DNA from: an uncultured Parachlamydiaceae bacterium
GTDB lineage: Bacteria > Chlamydiota > Chlamydiia > Chlamydiales > Parachlamydiaceae
DNA length: 64,000 bases
Direction of reading: 5' to 3'
Assembly: GCA_963742415.1 (NCBI GenBank)
Contig: CAVULX010000003.1
Span: 832,001-896,000 of the forward strand
The notes beneath the pieces were generated by a model that was given only the letters and a program-made list of their open reading frames with translations, had not been told where the DNA came from and did no database searches. Made by a program: the position numbers and the translations under genes. Positions 42,061 to 51,275 of the stretch are shown here, one piece after another. Each line of letters starts with the position of its first letter. The stretch's first letter is position 1.

Positions 42061-43259
42061 CTAATCCCAATAAGTAACAATTTTTTCATCTTCTGTCCAA
42101 AAACCACCTGCTTTTTGACTATTTTGATTTATTTTAATTGAATAACTTTTTTTTCCATTTTTTAAAATAACATTCATTTTTTTATCCTGATTGGTTTTAA
42201 AAAAATGTAATGCATCCTGAGTGTATTCTTTCATAGTTCTCTCACTACCGTGTTTTTGAAAGTGGTATTGAATTGATTTCATGCGATTTGGAAAAGTACC
42301 TCTATCCCATGAATGGAAAAGAAGTTCTGATGTAGATTTAGTCTCATGCCTTATCACAGTTATGCCTTGATTTGCAACAGTACTGCTGCTCCTCATGACC
42401 ATAGCAGTTCCACCCATGCTACCGGCAATGCTAAGTCCGCTATCAACTAGGATTGCGGTTTGGGCCGACATTCCTGCTTTTTGTAGCAGTTGAGAAGTTG
42501 CTGTTTCTTGATGTCTTCCTGAAATAACTGCACCGACTCCAGTGAAAAAATGATCTGAGCCGTGCATCATAATTGGTACTCCAGCTGCAGCACCTACTCC
42601 TGAAATTGTCAATGTTAATACACCACCAATACAAGCTTCTGAAAAGCCTCCAACAACTTGCAATCCTCCCTGAACACGAGGATTGCGAAACATATCAGCA
42701 ATGGTTCCAAATATTCCGCGATCATCCTCACGTTTTTTTTCTTGAACTCGATTCGGATTGCGGAAATGCTCGATGATGCGGTCGGCTTCATATTCATGAA
42801 GGGCGTCGATTTCGGGGGAGAGGCCGAGCTGGTCAAAAAAGGCGAGGGGGTTATTAAGGACATAAGCATAGAGGTTGGGGCCGCCCTCTTGAGCAATAGG
42901 GTCAGGAGTAATCCAGACAGCAGTTGCAGGATTATAATAGCGCAGGCCGAAATAGATGAAGCCGCTTTCAGGATCATGCCGCTTGCCGGCATAACGCCAA
43001 GGATTTAGCGAGCTCATCTGCAGCTGCTGCTCAGCATCATAAATGTTCTCCTCACCAAATGCCGTATACCGATAGGTCTCCACAATACTTCCAGAATGAT
43101 CCAGCAAACAACTGACATGGCCTAGATGATCATGAAGAGGAAAATAAATATTTCCATTCAACTCCATCGCCACTGCTGGATTGCCTCGACCGAATCCCAA
43201 AACACGCAATTCGTTAATAGCACCATCCGCCTGACATGATCCCAATTCGAAATGATCCA
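42061..43259 (-). CDS. Orphan Rhs core fragment plus C-terminal toxin CT2
   Basis: 42761-43259 is near-identical to 45129-45627; PNLYAYVLNNPLAFFDQLGL; Gly-rich hydrophobic pre-toxin segment; tip WDRGTF...SIQYHFQKHG...IVTYWD. Confidence 0.85.
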
Positions 43260-43390
43260 TCACTTCGAAAATAAGCACCTCTGCCATCAGAAGTGTAAAT
43301 TTCAAATCCTTTTTTATCTTCCTTAATAATGATTTCAGGATGCGTCAAAATATCATCCAAGTGGTATTGACCTTGGGCTTTTTTGTAGCG
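43255..43390 (-). pseudogene. Truncated toxin tip paralogous to CT1
   Basis: KAQGQYHLDDILTHP...DGRGAYFRSDGSFR; DNA similar to 44557-44605. Confidence 0.75.
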
Positions 43391-43427
43391 ACATGCCGGT
43401 TGTTCTAGGAAAAAAACTCCCATTTCT

Positions 43428-43922
43428 CTAAGGTTCATCAGAAGAAGGTTTTTGCATTTCCCATAGAGCATTTTTTGCAGAATTCAGTGCTGCCTCAAAT
43501 TCCGAAAATTTAAAAATCCAAAATTTTTGATTTGGCGGAGAATGTATTTCAATTTCCAAATTCTCAAAACCTCGTTCCTGAGTAAGAATTCCAACAAATT
43601 GATCTTCGAAAAAAAATTCTGCACAAAGCTCATTATAATCTAAATCGCTAGATATTAAAATTTTAAATGGATGTTCTTTTGGAATTTTCTCATAATACGA
43701 AGCCAACGACTCGGACAACGAGGAAGATTCATCTGTTCTTTCATAAACGCCTTCAATATAACTACCACCTCTATAAATAAATTGGATTGCATTAACAAAT
43801 TTAATCTCTATAATTTTATCATCCCAAGAATTAAGATAAACTATTAAGTCATCATTACTTTCGCCTGTACAAGATTTATAGGAAGCGTCTGCAAAATCCA
43901 CATTAGGTGCAACTTCTTTCAT
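43428..43922 (-). CDS. Putative immunity protein, apparently a chimera of two immunity genes
   Basis: C-terminal half (FKILISSDLDYNELCAEFFFEDQFVGILTQE...LEIEIHSP...W...EFEAAL..AKN.L) resembles the whole 77-aa ORF at 44181-44414. Confidence 0.7.
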   Translation of the reverse strand: MKEVAPNVDFADASYKSCTGESNDDLIVYLNSWDDKIIEIKFVNAIQFIYRGGSYIEGVYERTDESSSLSESLASYYEKIPKEHPFKILISSDLDYNELCAEFFFEDQFVGILTQERGFENLEIEIHSPPNQKFWIFKFSEFEAALNSAKNALWEMQKPSSDEP

Positions 43923-43976
43923 TTACAACCTCTTTAAAATCCCGGAAAAAATTCATCGGGTAAAAATCCTGTACCT

Positions 43977-44107
43977 GAACCAGCCGTCCCATGCTGTCAT
44001 ACTCCCATACCGTGTGCATTTCACGGGTAGAAACATCAGGAGTGAAGACCGTTTCGGTCAGATGGCAGCAGTTCCCATTGAGGTCATAACTATAGGCGCT
44101 TTTTTTA
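43977..44107 (-). repeat. 131-bp copy of an internal rhs YD-repeat segment
   Basis: Near-identical to 46294-46424. Confidence 0.9.
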
Positions 44108-44180
44108 ATGACCTTTCCACATATTGTTTGTTTATTTAAAGATGTTCGAAAAGGCCAGAATTTTGTTAGAATTATTTTTT

Positions 44181-44414
44181 TTAGCTCGTGTTTTGACCAA
44201 GTAAGTAATTTTTACCATCTTCTAAGGCTTGTTGAAAATCTAACAAAGAAACTTCCCACCATTTTTCCTTCTGAGGGGAATAGATTTCTAACATCAGTAC
44301 ATCAGTTTCTTGAGAAATTTCTGCTATGATTTCATTCTTGTAGGTAATCTCACAGGTTAATTTTTCTCGATCATACGCACTAACGATTGTAAATTCAAAT
44401 AATCCTTTTATCAT
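44181..44414 (-). CDS. Cognate immunity protein of Rhs toxin CT1
   Basis: 77-aa acidic ORF immediately downstream of the rhs stop. Confidence 0.75.
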   Translation of the reverse strand: MIKGLFEFTIVSAYDREKLTCEITYKNEIIAEISQETDVLMLEIYSPQKEKWWEVSLLDFQQALEDGKNYLLGQNTS

Positions 44415-44431
44415 AATGCATGGAATGTTTG

Positions 44432-47400
44432 TTAAGGATTTAAAAAACCAATAAACTCACCCTCTTTAGAAAATCTTGCCCCTGGGCCATTCGCTATTTT
44501 AACATCGATAACATCGCCACCATATCTCTCTCGATAACTTCGTACAATAATACTATCAGGATGTGTCAAGATATCATCCAAGTGGTATTGACCTTGAGCA
44601 TTTTTGCTAGCAGCATTGCCTGTAGCTTTAGGAAAAACACTACCAGGACGGCCTCCATGCTTATCTAATGCGCGTCCAGCTTTGTTTAAGCCTCCTCGGT
44701 CCAAAATCTGACCAGCTTTGGATAACGTATTTACACATGGCAGTGATTGTTTTGCAAGGATTTTTGTCGCACTAAACGATCCGATCTTTATCGCATTGCT
44801 TAAGCAGGGCAATTCTCCCCGAACTAAATTATTGTTGAATTGGTTCCTTAAAAGAACATTTTCAGAATATCGTTTGGTTAAATCTGGGGTAACATCTAAT
44901 GCCCAATCGCAAACATGACAGGCAAAACTAATAGGATCAACACCTTCAAAATCTAAATTATTACGACCTCCCAGACACTTATAGTCAAAATATCCAAAAA
45001 TACCAAGCCGAACATCCCTATATGCTTCAGTAATAGCCCTACAAGCCCTTCTTAAAAAAGATGGATTTTGTTCCCGGTTAGGTTGCAAACGCTCTTTTTC
45101 TATCGATTTATTACAGCTTTCCTGACTTCGGAAATGCTCAATGATGCGGTCGGCTTCATATTCATGAAGGGCGTCGATTTCGGGAGAAAGACCGAGCTGG
45201 TCAAAAAAGGCGAGGGGGTTATTAAGGACATAAGCATAGAGGTTGGGGCCGCCCTCTTGAGCAATAGGGTCAGGAGTAATCCAGACAGCAGTTGCAGGAT
45301 CATAATAGCGCAGGCCGAAATAGATGAAGCCGCTTTCAGGATCATGCCGCTTGCCGGCATAACGCCAAGGATTTAGCGAGCTCATCTGCAGCTGCTGCTC
45401 AGCATCATAAATGTTCTCCTCACCAAATGCCGTATACCGATAGGTCTCCACAATACTTCCAGAATGATCCAGCAAACAACTGACATGGCCTAGATGATCA
45501 TGAAGAGGAAAATAAATATTTCCATTCAACTCCATCGCCACTGCTGGATTGCCTCGACCGAATCCCAAAACACGCAATTCGTTAATAGCACCATCCGCCT
45601 GACATGATCCCAATTCGAGATGATCCACATAGAAAAAGAGCTGCTTGAACTGAAGCTGCCAAACATCCCCTTGCTTCTCATAAAAGGTTTTCGAAAGACG
45701 ACGATTGGCTTCGTCATAGGCATAAACGACTTTAGTATCCCCATTCAATATCTCTCTCAACCTATCCTGAGCATCATATTGATACTCCGTATGCCCTGAA
45801 GTTGTATCTGCTGCTATACGATTGCCATTAAGATCATATCCATAATCTCCTTGATCGCTCTTCAGCAACTGGTTAAGGGTATTAAAGTTATAAGAAGCTT
45901 CATCCTTTTGAACATGATTGTAAAGGGAATCATTGAGGTACTTATGTGAAACAGTTCCTGATTCTTCAATCAACTGATACAGGTCATCATAAGCAAATCT
46001 TAATTCCAGACCATTGGCTTGCATCTCTTTGACAACCCTTCCTAAAGGATCATACTCTTTTTGCGTTGTGGTCTGTGAAATGCTTTCATGGACTGAAAGG
46101 GTGTTGTCATTGTGGTCATAAGTGTAAGCATAATGGAATGAGTCGGAAGAAAATGTCTGCAGACGCCCCAGAAAATCATAAGTATGGGACAATGCAGTGC
46201 CATCGGCTTTGGTGATTTTTTCCAATTGCCCATAAGCATTAGAACTTCGATGCACACTCTTTTGTTCAGGGGTTCCAGCCGCTTCAACCGCCAGAACCAG
46301 CCGTCCCATGCTGTCATACTCCCATACCGTGTGCACTTCACGGGTAGAAACATCAGGAGTGAAGACCGTTTCGGTCAGATGGCAGCAGTTCCCATTGAGG
46401 TCATAACTATAGGCGCTTTTTTTAGTGATTTGCCCATATGCATTTTTATAGACTTCTTCCGTCTGTCTCCCTAAAGCATCATAAATTTCAAGGATGCTAT
46501 TGCCATTGGGGTCGATGGTTTCTTTTGAAGGGATGGCATAGTCATAGCGGATATAAGTTACCCTTCCCATCGGGTCGGTCATCTGAATCGGCTCGTTGCG
46601 GAAGTTATAGACTGTGGAGCTGACCGCAGACTCCCTCTTCGCGAAGTTGCACCGTTTGGATTTTATTGCCTGCTTCGTCGTAGACATAGCTTGTTTGACT
46701 GTAAACAATCTCTGCTTGATCTTGGACCTTTTCTTCTACAACTTTTCCTAAGAAATCATACTGGAAATGGGTGGCTAAATAATCAGTAGCGGACGAGTAT
46801 TGACGCGTTTCGGCGATGAACCCTTGCCGATCGTAAAAATGCTCTGTCCGTTGCCCCTCTTTTTCTGTTCTAATGAGGCGTCCAGCCCCGTCGTAGGAAT
46901 AATAGGTAGTGATCCCTTCCGGATCTGTTTCGCTAGTCAGGTGGAACGGATTGTAGGTGCGGCTTTCCACCGTGAGCAGTTCACCTGCGGGGGAGTAGGT
47001 CTCTTTTTTGATCAAGCGAGCGAGGTAATCGTAGTTATACAGGGTATAGACACCATTGGCTGCGACCGATTTGCTTAGCTGCCCTTTGACCGTATATTCG
47101 AACCGCTCTTGTGTGCCATCGGGGTGGCAGACATAATAAGGCTTTCCCAGAATTGTGGAGCGGGTGGTTGCCGTATGGCCGCAAGGATCTGTCACCGAAG
47201 TGACATGCCCCAAGGGGTCGTATGTTTTAGACGCTACCGCTGTGACACATTTCCCCTTTTCGTTGAGAACTTCAGGAAAAATCGTTTGAACCACTCGATT
47301 GAAATCATCGTACACAAAGTGGGTGGTCTTACCGTGAATATCTGTTGTCGACGTTCGATTGCCAAGTAGATCGTAAGCGTGGAGTGGTGGTCAGCCTTTG

Positions 47401-49510
47401 GGAACCCTTCTCTTCCCGGATGAGGCGGTTCATGTAATCGTAGGCATATGTGCGGATCATCTCAGGAAGCGGGCCCTGTTCACGAATCGTATTGCCGTTG
47501 CCGTCATAGCTGCGCGAAATCTTGTGTCCTAGGGCGTTAGTCTCTTCGAGAACATGCCCCATAGCGTCATACACCCAAGTCAAGGTATAGAGTTCTTGCC
47601 ATTGGCTATCGTAATGGGTTTGACGGATCAAATGCCCTTGATCGTCGAAGGTGTTGACTAATCCCTTTAAAAGACGCTCTTTACCTGTTGCCAAGTTGAG
47701 GCATTTTTCTCTGACCTCGCAAGGCAAGCCTACAGGAAAAGTCGAAGTATTTTTTATCCGGCGGATTTTTCGCTCAGTAACCCCTGTCAGATTGTCTCTA
47801 TCTAAGGTGGTGCCATCATCGCTGATTTCCAGGGTCACGGCTCCATTTTCATCATAAGAGAAAAATTCCCGCATGCGGATATTTCCCACATCCATCGTAT
47901 AACGGGCTTCAAGCAGATCGGTGCCCTCGATATAACTGTATTTGAAATTATGGGGTTTATCGGGGCAGTTTTCATAACGGACAAGATTTCTGTCGTCATT
48001 GGTGTATAGACGTCCGATGTAAAGGTGATCGCACCCATTTTCGATCCCTTTCCCTTGTGGATCTAAAGCCACAGCCGGCTGTTCTTTTCCCGTGAGATTG
48101 CCGTAGAGATGTTCATGTAAAACATTTCCCCGGTCATCATATACATAATTGCGGCAAAAGAGGTTGCTTCCTTTGGAAGCAAAAACTTTGGACATGAGGT
48201 TGCCGCAATCGGGAGTGCCGGGTTCACCCCAGACGAACCGCTCCTCAGCATAAGAAACACGGGGAGGGGTGCCTGCAAAATGTTCAATCTTGGTCAGCCG
48301 TTCCCGAGAGCTATAGTGGTAGATTTTGCATCGATCGTAGGCATCATAGACTTCGGTGCGCAACGAAGATAAATCATACAAAAAGCGGTAGATCGGAATC
48401 GGCGTCTCATCGCTGCCTGCCGGGGCTCTGAGCTGCATGACACGACCTACAACATCCCCTTGAGCGTGGGTTATAGAGTTGGGCCAAACCCGATTTCCCC
48501 CTTCGCTGAAGTAACCGATCTCCAAGCAACGCCCTTCGGGAAGATCCTTGCGGACCATTTTTTGGTGTCCAGGATGATGGATGAGGATGGAGGCATAGAT
48601 GTAAGACTCTTCAGGAGATTGCTCTCTCTTTGCTTTGGTTAGGATCCAATGGGTGCTTTTTTCCCATCTGCTTGGAAAGTCATCGAGGCCGTCGCTCCAA
48701 GACTTATATTTCACGCGACGATATTCCAACTGCGCTAGCTGCTTACCATCTTGCAGCACAGAATAGGTGCGGGCATGGTCAGCCCCTTTGGTTAGCGAAA
48801 ACTGGAGCTGATTTATGACTTTGCCTTGGCTATTTAAAGCTTGAATCTGATCGAAGTAACTGTAGTTAAAATTTTTATATGAATCATCCTTAAAAGTGTA
48901 GGTCAATTGATTCCGGTTGGGTTTTACCGTCTTTTTGATGTAGTGGGTTGAATGACTATCAGAGGGAGTGGTAAAATAGTGTGCTGTCCCTGTGCCCTCT
49001 TTAGCGATGGTTTCTCTTTTTTCAATCGCGAGCCGTTTATAGGTTGTAGCGGCCGCTCATCACCCCTCTGGGAGTATTGGTGACCCCTTTATGGAGAGCC
49101 TCCGGCTTGACGCCGAGAAAGGCGTTGCGGCGATAGCGATCCCCTTCAAAAGGGAATTCGGCCCCAAAAGCATCCCGCTGGACAATGGTGATGGAATTTC
49201 CGTAAGTACTTTCCCGGTAAAGACTGATGTCGTGGTTAAAGCTCCAGGCTTTAAAGAAAGTACTATCCCGCTCATCGGAGCTGCAGTAGAAACGTTGCAG
49301 CATTAAAGGCTCGATGCCAGGCAGCACTACATCGGTTTGCATGTCGACGTAGTCGCCGGTGATCACGTTGACGGAATGGTAGACCAGAGTATTTGGATCC
49401 CCCTCCAAGCTTGTCAGGGCATTTTCAGCGCCGAAGAAGGTTCTGTCTTCGTTTTGACCAAAAGCAAAGGCATGGATAACAAGAAGGCAAAGTACAAAAA
49501 TCGGTTTCAT
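44432..49510 (-). CDS. Rhs/YD-repeat polymorphic toxin with signal peptide, split by three +1 frameshifts (~1691 aa if repaired)
   Basis: Signal peptide MKPIFVLCLLVIHAFAFG; VNVITGDY...LQRFY..W DUF6531-like segment; many YDxxG repeats; Rhs core ending NNPLAFFDQLGL; tip GRALDKHG...GPGARFSKEGEFIGFLNP; shifts near 49039, 47385, 46635. Confidence 0.88.
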
Positions 49511-49677
49511 GTGTAATTTCCCATTTGGACAGTTTCACAATGCAAATGGGCGAGGTGTTAACGGAAAAGTGTTTCAAAAACAAGATATTTTTGAAATTTA
49601 TTAAATAAAAAAATTATTTTTCATTATAGCAGGAGAGCGTAGCCTTGGAAGTTTCTATTGTTTAACTCCGCAGCTAG

Positions 49678-49717
49678 GTTATTAATAACCTAGCTCTGGA
49701 AGAAGCGACAGGTTTAA
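49678..49717 (+). repeat. Right 40-bp direct repeat of the Rhs island, overlapping a perfect 24-bp palindrome
   Basis: GTTATTAATAACCTAGCTCTGGAAGAAGCGACAGGTTTAA; AGCTAGGTTATTAATAACCTAGCT at 49672-49695. Confidence 0.75.
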
Positions 49718-49719
49718 TT

Positions 49720-50886
49720 TTATAAAAAGTAAAGATATGTCGAGAAAGCAAACGCAGCAAAAACAGGCACTTTGATCGGTGTAAAATTTTTAAGGCGATA
49801 AAGAATATTTAAGACTGTAAGGATAATCAAGCCTGGATAACAAATTTGTAAAATCGGCGAAAGAAATTTGGAAATCCCTGTAAATTCAAAAGTCGATACA
49901 AAAAATGTCAAAAGCAATGACCCAAGCAGCGTCCATTCGTAACTTATTTTTTGCTTAAAAACCTCTTTTTGAATGAAGTCTGTAAAGGCAGATATCAATG
50001 CGATAGCTGTTGTTAAACAGGCCAAAGCAATGGTAATGCATACAAGAATTCCCGCCTTAGCGCCTGCAATCCTCATCGTAATAGCTGGGAGCAATTCATC
50101 TTTTCCACTGATATCGAGATAACTTCCATGAAAAGCTGCAAGGTAACTGAACCCTACATAAATGAGGGCAAGTAAACAAGCTCCAACAATGCTAGCGCGA
50201 AAGGCTGTTTTTATATAACTATTCGAGGAGTGCTCAGTGGATTCATCTTTCTGTAAGCGCACTCTCAAAAGATTTAATATTGTCGATGAAAAGAAGAACG
50301 CCGCTAATAAATCCATCGTATTATAACCTTCCTTTAGTCCATGCAAAAACATGGCGGAATTGGTTTCATTGACGTTCTGCATATTTGGTTCAGCAATTAG
50401 CCCCATGATAATGATAGAAATAAGAGAAATTAACAAGGCCGGGGTCAAAACCCATCCTAGAAGAGTTAAGATTTGATTTTTTCTAAAGGTGAAAAGAAAA
50501 ATAGTTCCACAGGCTAACGCACTAAACAGAACAGGAGGTATGTTCATAAAAGAACTTTTCAATGTTGTGTAAGATAGTGCAATACACCTCGGAGTAGACC
50601 CTAAGGGGCCCAAAAGGCTAATGATGATGAGGGCAAGCAAAAATCCGGGGATCTTTCCTAACCTTCCAAAAAATTGCCGGTAATTCCCATCAAACAAAAT
50701 CATGGCAATGACACCGGCTATAGGCATGATAGCAGCTGTGAGGATCAACCCGGACATCGCATAAAAGTTTTTATCTCCCGCATATTGCCCGACAGCTAAC
50801 GGAAAAATAATATTGCCTGCTCCAAAAAACATCGAAAACATGGCTAGCCCGATTGCTAGTGATTGTGATTTTAATAATTTATTCAT
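49720..50886 (-). CDS. brnQ: Branched-chain amino acid transport system II carrier
   Basis: GLAMFSMFFGAGNIIFP, GPLGSTPR, GWVLTP, EGYNTMDLLAAFFF, LACLTTA; ~12 TM segments. Confidence 0.95.
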   Translation of the reverse strand: MNKLLKSQSLAIGLAMFSMFFGAGNIIFPLAVGQYAGDKNFYAMSGLILTAAIMPIAGVIAMILFDGNYRQFFGRLGKIPGFLLALIIISLLGPLGSTPRCIALSYTTLKSSFMNIPPVLFSALACGTIFLFTFRKNQILTLLGWVLTPALLISLISIIIMGLIAEPNMQNVNETNSAMFLHGLKEGYNTMDLLAAFFFSSTILNLLRVRLQKDESTEHSSNSYIKTAFRASIVGACLLALIYVGFSYLAAFHGSYLDISGKDELLPAITMRIAGAKAGILVCITIALACLTTAIALISAFTDFIQKEVFKQKISYEWTLLGSLLLTFFVSTFEFTGISKFLSPILQICYPGLIILTVLNILYRLKNFTPIKVPVFAAFAFSTYLYFL

Positions 50887-51014
50887 GGTTTTTATTTATT
50901 TACCTCTATTGTGGTTTATTTCCATCGCATGCCACAGGCACGATGAATTAGGTCAGGTTGACTCTGCTGACTTTGTTTTTGTTAGTTCGAATGATGATGT
51001 ATGGGTGGAATAAA

Positions 51015-51080
51015 TTATATGTGCGCGAAGCGCACGACGACGACGGCAGACACAACCACGGCAACAAAAGAGGATAGCAT
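51015..51080 (-). promoter_or_regulatory. Putative valine-rich leader peptide (MLSSFVAVVVSAVVVVRFAHI) / attenuator of brnQ
   Basis: 8 Val codons in an 11-codon stretch, 128 nt upstream of brnQ; coding region complementary to 50903-50927. Confidence 0.7.
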
Positions 51081-51230
51081 AGTAATAGAGCCTTCATGCT
51101 CCAATGCTTCGCTAATAATGTTACTATTTTTCTTTAAATAAGACATAAAAAAACAAAATTCCCCTTTTGTGAAAGTAACATATTTCACCCATTTTTTGCA
51201 AACCAAAAAATGAAGAGCTTCAATTTAGAG

Positions 51231-51266
51231 AAAAACAAAGCTCAGGTTAAAGTTTGCCTGAGCTTT
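51231..51266 (-). terminator. Intrinsic terminator of the TauD-like gene
   Basis: AAAGCTCAGG-N10-CCTGAGCTTT followed by GTTTTT on the minus strand. Confidence 0.75.
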
Positions 51267-51275
51267 ATTCCAGGA

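Noticed and set aside
42761..45627. Near-identical 500-bp pair as a DGR template/variable repeat
   Set aside because: Few differences, no reverse transcriptase in the window, and fully explained by Rhs orphan-module architecture
51015..51206. 63-aa ORF as a conventional membrane protein
   Set aside because: Non-ATG start across a promoter-like AT-rich tract; only the last 21 codons from ATG 51080 look meaningful (leader peptide)
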